From an uncultured Myxococcales bacterium (GTDB lineage: Bacteria > Myxococcota > B64-G9), in the NCBI GenBank assembly GCA_964640665.1, contig CAZXHT010000002.1, positions 38,567 through 102,566 of the forward strand: DNA of 64,000 nucleotides, given 5' to 3'. A model generated the notes under the pieces. It was not told the DNA's origin, did no database searches, and saw only the letters and a program-made list of their open reading frames with translations. Numbering within the stretch: the stretch's first letter is position 1; every line of letters begins with the position of its first letter. A program made the position numbers and the translations under genes. Of this stretch, positions 39,427-47,818 are shown piece after piece.

Positions 39427-40453
39427 GGTTGCCCGTTGTTTCAGTGCCGCCTGCGCAGCCTTTAATGTACTCGTCCCCTTTTGAGAAACTGTCCCCACAG
39501 TAGCCTTGTGAATCCATGACTGTTCGGCAATGGCCTTTGTACTGCCCGAATTTATGGTCTCGGACATTCGGTCCTTTGACCACAAACCAGGCATCATCGA
39601 TTGCGTACCTGATGCTTGCCGATGGCTTCACCTTTCGCATGTCCACCAACAGAACCTGCGGGTGGCTGATTGTATAGTCTCCAAAGGTGGGGATTCGAGA
39701 ACTACCAAGCCTGCTGGCTACTTTCTTGTAAAGAAGCCATTCATAGCGTTCAATAACTGAAGGACTATGCTTCACTTCTGCCATTGACTGTGGAAACGAG
39801 GCACCTAGAAGGATGAATGTTCTCCACTTCTTCAGGTATGGTATTCGTTCGATGATCGCTTGCACGAGTTTGCTGAAGCCTTCAAGAGGGAGGAAATTGG
39901 GTGACCCCAAGTCGAGGACGAGGTCACACTCATTTGCCCTCATCTCCATGAGCTTCAATAACTTATTGAGGTTGACCTCAAGGCTTGATCTGTTGGCTAG
40001 TTCAATTCCTATACGTAGACAGAGACCTTTTTTATCCTTGCTGATAGCACGCTTGACTGAACTCTGGTAGCGATGATCTCTCTCCAGCCCAGTTACAGGT
40101 ACCGCATGACATTTCTCAGCTCGGAGTTCATTGAAAACATAGTCGACCGGGTGCCTTCGGCTCTTCATCATTGTCTTCGAATCCAACAGATTGAGATCTA
40201 CAAAGCAAGGCTGTTGTCCCCACTTTGTACTGACTCGCTTGGCGAAGGGTTCCAGGTGCTCATCGACTGTCCTCTTGTCAGACTGTGCCTCAAAATCGAA
40301 ACCGATTTCCGGAACCTCTATGAACGGAGTAAGTGAACGCTTTGCTGACTTGGATAGCCGCAGCACGGCCTGATACTCCCCCTGTTTCCATCGGAGGCAC
40401 GGAACATAATGTTCATGGTCGAATCTCATCGTAAACCTCCTTTCACTGTCCAA
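39335..40453 (-). CDS. Uncharacterised 372-aa protein (last gene of HTH/ImmA operon), C-terminal Cys cluster
   Basis: Long ORF with 11-bp overlap with upstream XRE/ImmA gene; C-terminal HCx9CGDx9C pattern; no recognisable catalytic motif. Confidence 0.5.
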   Translation of the reverse strand: MDSERRFTMRFDHEHYVPCLRWKQGEYQAVLRLSKSAKRSLTPFIEVPEIGFDFEAQSDKRTVDEHLEPFAKRVSTKWGQQPCFVDLNLLDSKTMMKSRRHPVDYVFNELRAEKCHAVPVTGLERDHRYQSSVKRAISKDKKGLCLRIGIELANRSSLEVNLNKLLKLMEMRANECDLVLDLGSPNFLPLEGFSKLVQAIIERIPYLKKWRTFILLGASFPQSMAEVKHSPSVIERYEWLLYKKVASRLGSSRIPTFGDYTISHPQVLLVDMRKVKPSASIRYAIDDAWFVVKGPNVRDHKFGQYKGHCRTVMDSQGYCGDSFSKGDEYIKGCAGGTETTGNLTTWRWVGTNHHLEKVVRDVASFYGSSGKP

Positions 40454-41735
40454 ATCGGACCTCGGTGAATTGCTTCCTCACCTCGCCTAGTCCCACCATG
40501 TCTTTGAGGATTACGTAATTGTTCGCCTCTTTTCTTATCCTCCCTGCGATGATAGCGGTGCCTATCTTGAGCTTAATCGCTGCTTCCCTGATGGCCTCCT
40601 CGGTTCTAACATATCGAGCCAGAGCTGTTTCCCACATGTCATCAGGGATAAGCATATTCCCAGCGAAGTCATTGGCCTCCCGCTCCACGTCATCACCCTC
40701 TATGTCGAGGTCATCGAAGATGTCTTCAATCTTCCCTTTGCGTAGATGCTTGACCACATGGGCCAACTCGTGAAAAAGGACAAACCAAAAATTATCAAGT
40801 CTATCATACCGCAACGTCATACCGATAACTGGGTGTCCGTCTCTAAGAAGAAAAGTAGCTCCATCCAGATATGTCCTTGGAAGATGAGGTTCAAAAACAA
40901 GAGAGATGCCAGATTTTGCCAAGTACTCCTTGGCCAATTGTGGCCCATTAGTTTGTTGACTCATCTGCGCCAGCTCACGAAACCACCTAACTGACAGTCC
41001 CTTGCGTTCAAAATCGCCTACGTCTTTCTCCATGCCAGAGAGCAGGAGAATCCGACATTGCCAAGCGATGAGAGCATAGGTGTCCATATTTCTGCCCATA
41101 CGGGCTCGCTGTCGGAGAAGGGCTGGCTGTCGCAAGGGCATTGCCTTCTCGATGAAATCCTTCACAAGTTCATCTGCACATGACATGGCCGTCGACAGTG
41201 AGCCTTTGAAGTCCTCAAACCAGTTCCGACGATACATTTCTTTTACTGGGAACAAACTCCAATCCAGTTCTTTGGGATCGCCTTTGTATGCCCTGGTAGG
41301 AGTCCCAACAATTTCGGCAACTTCACTGATGTTTAGGTTAAGGGTCCTCGCCACTTGTGTGATCCTCTGCAAGCTTGCTGAGGAATAATATTCAGCCTCA
41401 TACCTTTGGACTTGCTGCTCCTTCACGCCGAGCATTTCAGCCAGTTCTCGTTGGGATAGACCCTTGGCAATCCTCGCTTGGATGAGTACCGTTGGCATTT
41501 GTTCTAGAGACGCCGCACTTAATACCGTGATCGCACCGGATTCCAGTGCTTCATATTCACGAATTTGATCGGAGAGGCTCAAGACTTCACTTTCCAATGC
41601 GCTAAATTCGGCCTTTGCTAGAACTGCTGAACCCGTGCGTTGTGCAGCTTCCTTGATGTCAAAGGCCTCTACCGCATCTTTGAGTTTCCGATACTGAGCC
41701 CTTGTTATTCTATACTGCCGGTCATTAGTAATCAT
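40443..41735 (-). CDS. XRE-family HTH domain fused to ImmA/IrrE-family zinc metallopeptidase
   Basis: HTH_XRE (IAKGLSQRELAEMLGVKEQQVQRYE) at aa ~95-150; HEXXH (FHELAHVV) plus EREANDFAGNMLIP downstream, diagnostic of COG2856 ImmA/IrrE. Confidence 0.8.
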   Translation of the reverse strand: MITNDRQYRITRAQYRKLKDAVEAFDIKEAAQRTGSAVLAKAEFSALESEVLSLSDQIREYEALESGAITVLSAASLEQMPTVLIQARIAKGLSQRELAEMLGVKEQQVQRYEAEYYSSASLQRITQVARTLNLNISEVAEIVGTPTRAYKGDPKELDWSLFPVKEMYRRNWFEDFKGSLSTAMSCADELVKDFIEKAMPLRQPALLRQRARMGRNMDTYALIAWQCRILLLSGMEKDVGDFERKGLSVRWFRELAQMSQQTNGPQLAKEYLAKSGISLVFEPHLPRTYLDGATFLLRDGHPVIGMTLRYDRLDNFWFVLFHELAHVVKHLRKGKIEDIFDDLDIEGDDVEREANDFAGNMLIPDDMWETALARYVRTEEAIREAAIKLKIGTAIIAGRIRKEANNYVILKDMVGLGEVRKQFTEVRFGQ

Positions 41736-41749
41736 TCAGTCCTCCATCC

Positions 41750-42229
41750 TCACATGAGTCGGACACGGACAATGCCTTTCTGCTTGCCCGTGTGCCTGTC
41801 CTTCTGGAAATACTCCACGAAGGTTCTTCGTCCATTCGCAAATGCGCTCGATGGGAATAACTCACCCTCGAATTTGTCCTTCTGGTTTTTTCGGCTGTCG
41901 CTGAAATCTAGTAGGACCGGGTCTAACTTCTTGGCGTTGACACCTACGGGGTCCCAGCAGGCATCGTAATCACCCGGTTCCGGCTTCCCGGTAACAAAAC
42001 TTCCGTCGATGTAGACCGTTTTACACCCAGCTCTCTGAAGGGCCTCTATACTTGCTTTCAATCCTGTAAAAAGCATTTGGCGTCGTGGCGTCGTGGCAAA
42101 TACCTTCTTAACCTCATCAAGTGTTGCATCGTGTACCCCAGGAGGCAGGACCGGCCAAGGACTCTTGATGTCAACCAGCTCAGGAATCATGACACAATTA
42201 TATTGTTGTGTTGATAAATGATCCAGCAA
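41750..42229 (-). CDS. Putative minimal nucleotidyltransferase (pol-beta superfamily)-like protein
   Basis: IDGSFVTGKPEPGDYD fits hG[GS]x9-13DhD NTase motif; 159 aa; first gene of operon, 14 bp upstream of XRE/ImmA gene. Confidence 0.4.
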   Translation of the reverse strand: MLDHLSTQQYNCVMIPELVDIKSPWPVLPPGVHDATLDEVKKVFATTPRRQMLFTGLKASIEALQRAGCKTVYIDGSFVTGKPEPGDYDACWDPVGVNAKKLDPVLLDFSDSRKNQKDKFEGELFPSSAFANGRRTFVEYFQKDRHTGKQKGIVRVRLM

Positions 42230-42487
42230 AATGTCATAAAAAAATCAAAATGCCATGAGGCGGGAGTTGTTCTTCGAACGAGGCGTGTCAATAAACATAT
42301 TTGTATTCGATCAAGCCAGCGATCGGGCGCGTCGAATTCACCGTTGTCGTCGGGTCGGGCCGCAATCTGCACACCGGGGACACTCCCGATAGCCACCGGC
42401 ACATCGGAAGTCGGCAAGCCACAGACACGCACCGCGACCCAGTGCCGCCCGTGCCACCACCGCCACAGAACGATGGGGTGTTTGGTC

Positions 42488-44107
42488 TTACGTTGTCAAT
42501 CGCTTCAAATTGTCAACTGCTTGGACAACGAGCTCATCTGGAAAAGCGCCACGACTCAGCAATTCAATTGCATTTGTTGTCTTGCACAGTCCGGGTTTCA
42601 GGCGATAGTCGAAAAGGATGTCACTGCCCTGATAATGCTCTGAGAAATGGTACCTTTCAAAATTGTGATCAACCAACGTGCCAATCGCAAGGTCATGGGT
42701 GGCAACAATAACAAGGTTGCTCTTTGCCAAGTATTGGATGACTGCCGCAGCAGCCGCGACTCGCTCCACGGGATTTGTCCCCCTGAACAATTCGTCAACA
42801 ATGAAAAGGCAGTTGTTTCGGCTTGTGCTATACCCAACCAGTTTCTGGATGACATCAACCTCTACCGCAAACAAGCTCTTGCCGTTTTCAATGTCATCTG
42901 CAATGTCGATTGAAGTTTTAATGTAAAACAGACAGGCTTCGTACTTGCGTGCCACAGACGTATTGATGGTTTGAGCAAGAATCGCGTTCAATGCGACAGT
43001 TTTCAAAAACGTGGTCTTCCCGGACATATTGGAACCGGTAATCAACATGCTTGATCCATGGATTTCGAATGAATTGCCGATCGCCCGGTCTAGCCTCGGA
43101 TGAAGAAGGTTCTCGGCCTTGATCAGGCAAGGTGTATCGACAAATTCTGGTTTGCACCAGACGGGCTGGCTTCTGCGGTATGATGCAATTGAAATGCAGG
43201 CATCGATCAAGCCGATGGATCGAAAGAGAATGCGAAGATGCTTCTGGCTGTTTTCAATTTGTTCCCGGAGGGAGCCATAAGCGAGAACTTTTCTGAGTGT
43301 CAGGATGTTGAGATAGTCCAGCAGTTGTGTCGGATCTCTGAGCTGTATATACCTGCATTTTCTGGCGAGCGGGAGACACTGGTTGATGCTGGCGGAAAAT
43401 TCGACTTCGGAGGGAAAGTTTTTCCCGATAAGTTCGTGCAGATTTGCGCTCGATTGTATGAGTCTACCGAGACAGGAGAGGACATCGATTTCGTAGCCAA
43501 AAACCTCTTCGTACTTGTAGTGAACCATTAAGTTTATTAAAAACATCACAAGGGCGGCAGCCCAAAACAGAGGCTTGAAGACGGCCACAACAACGAACAC
43601 AATCAGGGCGATTGTACAAAGCCTGACCACTGTAATTGACAACGGAGGCTTGGGGAGGTTCTTCCAGATAAGCCTCGGTAGAGAAAATGAAGTATCATCG
43701 TCAAGGGAGAGAAGCTCAACTTGTGCTTTCTCGCGCAATTCAGCGTCGGTTTCAAACAACTCGACAAGTGGCTCCGGGACAGTTATCGCCTCTGAGTTGA
43801 GGCATGGCGTGACGAGAGTCTGATAGAGGTACTGCGATCCAGGGCTCGAGGTTGCGTGGTCGATAGATCCAAACACAAAATTGATATCAAGATCAGACCT
43901 TGTCCTACTGTCCAGCGAGAATCTGTTGAAGTCATCCGGGTTCTCTGAATCGATCTGTTCATAGAATTTGCACTTCTCGATTGGCCGCGGCGAACTCCGG
44001 CGATTTCCCCATTCCCGGCGCAGCCTCTTGAGTTGTTCCGCCTTTTTCGAAAAGATGCAGATTCGAGAGAGAACCGATCTGAAATGAGCCGCCGCGTTGG
44101 TGAGCAT
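42488..44107 (-). CDS. Membrane-anchored MutS-domain-V-like ABC ATPase
   Basis: Walker A ITGSNMSGKTTFLK, Walker B LFIVDELFRGTN, VIVATHD; two predicted TM helices (aa ~165-215); no mismatch-binding N-domain. Confidence 0.7.
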   Translation of the reverse strand: MLTNAAAHFRSVLSRICIFSKKAEQLKRLRREWGNRRSSPRPIEKCKFYEQIDSENPDDFNRFSLDSRTRSDLDINFVFGSIDHATSSPGSQYLYQTLVTPCLNSEAITVPEPLVELFETDAELREKAQVELLSLDDDTSFSLPRLIWKNLPKPPLSITVVRLCTIALIVFVVVAVFKPLFWAAALVMFLINLMVHYKYEEVFGYEIDVLSCLGRLIQSSANLHELIGKNFPSEVEFSASINQCLPLARKCRYIQLRDPTQLLDYLNILTLRKVLAYGSLREQIENSQKHLRILFRSIGLIDACISIASYRRSQPVWCKPEFVDTPCLIKAENLLHPRLDRAIGNSFEIHGSSMLITGSNMSGKTTFLKTVALNAILAQTINTSVARKYEACLFYIKTSIDIADDIENGKSLFAVEVDVIQKLVGYSTSRNNCLFIVDELFRGTNPVERVAAAAAVIQYLAKSNLVIVATHDLAIGTLVDHNFERYHFSEHYQGSDILFDYRLKPGLCKTTNAIELLSRGAFPDELVVQAVDNLKRLTT

Positions 44108-44119
44108 TGTTTTCCCCTT

Positions 44120-45559
44120 TCAGTGCCAGAAGCCTATCCCGGCTCCGATATCGAGGTAGCCCGGTGCCCCGTCCACCGTGAGCGAGGCTCGCAGGTCGAA
44201 GGGATCCGTGTAGCCGAAGAGGTCCCACCTGAAAAGGCGCAGCTCCAGGCCGCCCGTGCCATGGGGTCGTAATGGTACGCCGGCGTAGCGGGGTGGCTCG
44301 AGGTAGAAGCCGGCTCTCAACTTGAGGCGATCGGGCCAGATTTCTGTTTCGGCTCCGAGCCTGAAGCCGAAAGAAAGGCCGTCACCGGACGCCCGCCTCT
44401 TCTGCTCGACGAATGAGTCGATGCCGACGCCGTCTGTGGTGCCGCCGATGATGAAAACATCCGCGCTCATAAGCAAATATGATTTGGGAAGAGACTCGTA
44501 CTCCTTGCGTCGCTCGTGCTCGATCACCGCTTCCCGTACATCCAACGCCTTTTCGAGCAAGAGCTCCTCCGCCTCGCGAAGCTTCTTCTCCCGAGCCCAC
44601 CAGATCTCGTCACGAGGCATGTCTAAAAGGTTGGGGCACTCGTCCGACGTAGTGATCCCTTCACGATCCGGTTTCTCCAGGGCCTGCTGGGCCACCGCGC
44701 GTTTGCAGCGCGCGCTTTCGATATGCTTGCGCAGATCCTGCTGCGGATCTGGTGGAGCCGACCAGACACGGTTCATCGGCCGCGGGCCGAACTGCCAGGC
44801 GAAACCCAACTGGACTTCCCAGGGCATGTGAACTCCGCGCGGCAGCACAAAGTTTTTGACGTAGCTCGTGCCGTCGCGCACCTCGACCCCCGGGGTCTTG
44901 TCCGGCCCGGACTCGACCGGCCCGCGGCCGGAAACTCCCAGCCGCCAGGGCATGTCGGCCAACTTCAAGAGCACGCCTCCTTCGACGCCGGCTCCGGTGA
45001 AATGCACCAAAGTGGTGTCGTCGGCCAGTTTGAGATCCAGGTCGGCGACCCGCGTTCCCAGCCCCACGATCAACTGCCCGCTAAAGAAGGCATAGGCCAC
45101 ACCGGCATGGCTTTCTATCAGGAAGATGTTAATCGGTTCTCCCGCCGAGCCGGTATTGTAGATCTGCAGTCGGGTGTCTGCCCCGATTCCCAAACTGCCG
45201 AACTGCAGGCGCAAACCCAGGCCGAGAAATGAGAACTTCTCAACTCCGATGCCCGAACCGTTGTTGAAGAAATCATCGAGCCCGAAGATGCCGGGCGCGC
45301 AGTAAGACAACGACAGACCGTACGAGAACCAGGAGAACTCGTAGGGCGGTCGCGAACCAAAAGATGCCGGATTGAAGTGTGCCCCATCGATATCCTCGGC
45401 CAGGGCGGTGTAGGCCCCGCCCATTCCCACAACGCGGCTCGAACCCAGCACCGGCCCGGTCACGGCGTCTATCTCGAAGTCGTTATGCGCGAAGATATCC
45501 TGGGCGGTCACCGGGCACGATAGTGCCACAATGAGCAAGATGGAGGACATGACGCGCAT
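44120..45559 (-). CDS. Putative outer-membrane beta-barrel protein
   Basis: Signal peptide LLIVALSCPVTAQD, alternating amphipathic beta-strand pattern, Gly/aromatic-rich, C-terminal GIGFWH. Confidence 0.45.
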   Translation of the reverse strand: MRVMSSILLIVALSCPVTAQDIFAHNDFEIDAVTGPVLGSSRVVGMGGAYTALAEDIDGAHFNPASFGSRPPYEFSWFSYGLSLSYCAPGIFGLDDFFNNGSGIGVEKFSFLGLGLRLQFGSLGIGADTRLQIYNTGSAGEPINIFLIESHAGVAYAFFSGQLIVGLGTRVADLDLKLADDTTLVHFTGAGVEGGVLLKLADMPWRLGVSGRGPVESGPDKTPGVEVRDGTSYVKNFVLPRGVHMPWEVQLGFAWQFGPRPMNRVWSAPPDPQQDLRKHIESARCKRAVAQQALEKPDREGITTSDECPNLLDMPRDEIWWAREKKLREAEELLLEKALDVREAVIEHERRKEYESLPKSYLLMSADVFIIGGTTDGVGIDSFVEQKRRASGDGLSFGFRLGAETEIWPDRLKLRAGFYLEPPRYAGVPLRPHGTGGLELRLFRWDLFGYTDPFDLRASLTVDGAPGYLDIGAGIGFWH

Positions 45560-45569
45560 CGGCCTCTCC

Positions 45570-46496
45570 TCAGCAGAGGAAATCGAGAATCCAGCGCAAG
45601 ACTCCCAGCATGATCAATGCCAGGCCCTCGCGGCGCGAGATTTTCCAGCCGGTGCGCATGAAAAAAACCACCAGCAGGCACATCCCCAAAAGCATGTAAA
45701 CCGAAGAAAGCGAGTGGGTGTCGACCTTGAGGTTGCGAATCAACCCGGCCAGACCCAGCACTCCCAACAGGTTGAACAGGTCGCTGCCGATCAGGTTGCC
45801 CAGCGACATTCCATGCATTCCCTTGGCTGCGGCCGTCAAGGAAGTTGCCAGTTCGGGCGCCGAGGTGCCGGCTGCGACTATGGTGACCGCGATCAGCCAC
45901 TCGGATAGCCCCAGTAAGCGAGCCAGTTCGGAGGCCGATTCCACCAACGAAGCGCCGCCGCCCACCACGGTGGCGATTCCCAGAAGCAGCAGGAAGGGAT
46001 CCTTCCAGGTCGCCGTGCCCTTGGGAACTTCAGTTGTCGATCCCTTTTTCTGGAAGAAAAGCAAGGCGATGTAACCGATCAAGCCGCAAAAAAGAATGGC
46101 ACCTTCCAGGTGTGACAGGTGATAGTCCGAAAGCATCAAGACGATCGCCAGAGAGGTTGCCACCAGCAAGCTGCCGTCGCGAAATACCGAGATGCGTTGC
46201 ACCGGGAGAGCCTTAAACAGGGCGCAGCCGCCGAGGATGAATCCCAGGTTGAAGATGTTGGAACCGACTATGTTACCGACCGAGATGTCGGCCTTGCCGG
46301 TTACGGCCGCCGAAATGGTCACCGCGAACTCGGGGGCCGAGGTGCCGAAGGCGACAATGGTCAACCCGATCACAAGATCCGATATGTTAAAGTGACGACC
46401 TATGCGCGCGGCACTTTCGACCAGCCAGTCGGCGCCCTTCCACAGGAGCAGGATCGAGGCGACAAGCAGCGCCAGGTTTAGGATGAAGTGTCCCAT
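45570..46496 (-). CDS. Ca2+/cation antiporter (CaCA/YrbG family)
   Basis: Two alpha-repeat GTSAPE motifs (GTSAPEFAVT, GTSAPELATS), 308 aa polytopic. Confidence 0.85.
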   Translation of the reverse strand: MGHFILNLALLVASILLLWKGADWLVESAARIGRHFNISDLVIGLTIVAFGTSAPEFAVTISAAVTGKADISVGNIVGSNIFNLGFILGGCALFKALPVQRISVFRDGSLLVATSLAIVLMLSDYHLSHLEGAILFCGLIGYIALLFFQKKGSTTEVPKGTATWKDPFLLLLGIATVVGGGASLVESASELARLLGLSEWLIAVTIVAAGTSAPELATSLTAAAKGMHGMSLGNLIGSDLFNLLGVLGLAGLIRNLKVDTHSLSSVYMLLGMCLLVVFFMRTGWKISRREGLALIMLGVLRWILDFLC

Positions 46497-46542
46497 TGAG
46501 TTCTGTTCGCGCGCCGCTTGCGGAACGGCAGCCGGCCGGGCC

Positions 46543-47670
46543 TCACTCGGGCTTTCCTAAAACAGCCTCGAAGAGATTCTCGTCCATCAAGGCACCCTTG
46601 GCTATACGCCTGCGATACTCGATGAAATCGATCGTGTCCCGGCCGGTCTGTTTGCGGGTGGCGAAGGCGTTGAAGCCCAGGAAGGCCTCCCCCATCATGT
46701 TGGCATCCAGCCAGTGTCGGTTGAAAACCTTGGCCTGGTCCCAGAAGAACCTCTTCTTGGCGCGCACCGAATCGATTGACATCTGCAGGCATCCGGGGAA
46801 GAGGTTGGTCAGGTGCCAGATCATGCCGTCCACCGCCTCGTCCAATAGTGAAAAATCAAACTGACAACTTTTGGCAAGCTCACGGGCCGCCTTGGCCTCG
46901 GCCCCGCTCTTCATCTCGCCGTAGACGATCTCTCCGTCATTGATGTAGTTGTCGGTCATAACGGCCGGGTTACGGATGAAGCGGCCGTCCTTTTTGAGCA
47001 CCGGCGCCACCTTGGTGACCAGCCCCTTGACCTTCATCTTGTATGCAGACCACAGCTCGCACGAGATGCAGTTCCACATGGCGTCTTCCATGGTCAAGAA
47101 CCAGGGTAAAAAGTCGCTCGAACCGCCCACGGGAGCCGATCCGTGCCGGGTACCGGCCTGTCCGAAGATTGCCGTATCAGCGGCCACCGCCAGATCGCAG
47201 GCCATCCCGATCTCCTGGCCGCCTGCCACTCGCATCCCGTTGACCCTGCAGATGACCGGCTTCTTGCAATCGAGAATGGAATCGACCATGCCGTTGAACA
47301 GGTCCATGTACTCGCCGTACTCATGGGGTCGCTTGGAGTAGTATTGCGCGTACTCTACTGTGTTGCCGCCGGAGCAAAAGGCCCGCTCTCCCGCCCCGGT
47401 GAAGACGACCGCCACCACGCTCCGATCACACGAGGCTTCCTTGAAACCGGCGATGACGCCCTTAACCATCTCGGTGGTGTAAGAGTTGTATTGCTCGGGG
47501 TTGTTGAGAGTGATCCGGGCGACGAAGAGATCGGCCTGTTTTTGCCCCTGCGGATCCGCCAGCGGAATCTTCTCGTACATGGTGCAGGGCGGTTCCTTGC
47601 CCCAGTATTCGCCCTTGAACAAACCGTGGTCTTTCAACTCGTCATCCCTGGTCAACCAATCGAGCGCCAT
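46543..47670 (-). CDS. Crotonase-fold enoyl-CoA hydratase/hydrolase (BamA/Oah-like)
   Basis: FTGAGERAFCSGGN crotonase oxyanion motif; 376 aa from ATG 47670 with AAGGAGGAAAC RBS; ORF track N-terminal 251 aa Arg/Ser-rich extension judged spurious. Confidence 0.75.
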   Translation of the reverse strand: MALDWLTRDDELKDHGLFKGEYWGKEPPCTMYEKIPLADPQGQKQADLFVARITLNNPEQYNSYTTEMVKGVIAGFKEASCDRSVVAVVFTGAGERAFCSGGNTVEYAQYYSKRPHEYGEYMDLFNGMVDSILDCKKPVICRVNGMRVAGGQEIGMACDLAVAADTAIFGQAGTRHGSAPVGGSSDFLPWFLTMEDAMWNCISCELWSAYKMKVKGLVTKVAPVLKKDGRFIRNPAVMTDNYINDGEIVYGEMKSGAEAKAARELAKSCQFDFSLLDEAVDGMIWHLTNLFPGCLQMSIDSVRAKKRFFWDQAKVFNRHWLDANMMGEAFLGFNAFATRKQTGRDTIDFIEYRRRIAKGALMDENLFEAVLGKPE

Positions 47671-47818
47671 GTTTCCTCCTTCGTAAGAGACACCATCATG
47701 TAGCCCAAAGAGCCGATCATTGCAAGAGCGGGAGCCGTCCAAAATTTTCCAAGCGAAAATCACGCTTGGCCTAAATCTTTTCTTTTTAACCCCGCCGATT
47801 GGTGATAAGCTCTCGGAC

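Larger units (their letters stand above)
38560..44115. mobile_element. Low-GC genomic island (putative horizontally acquired defence/regulatory island; no integrase or att repeats seen)
   Basis: Abrupt drop in GC relative to both flanks; five non-housekeeping genes; bounded by orphan antitoxin and OMP gene. Confidence 0.6.

Noticed and set aside
47720-47818. Upstream 33-codon extension of the giant sensor ORF
   Set aside because: The track start is probably an alternative-codon artefact; the ATG at 47819 precedes a signal-peptide-like hydrophobic segment. The true start remains uncertain and could also be further downstream.
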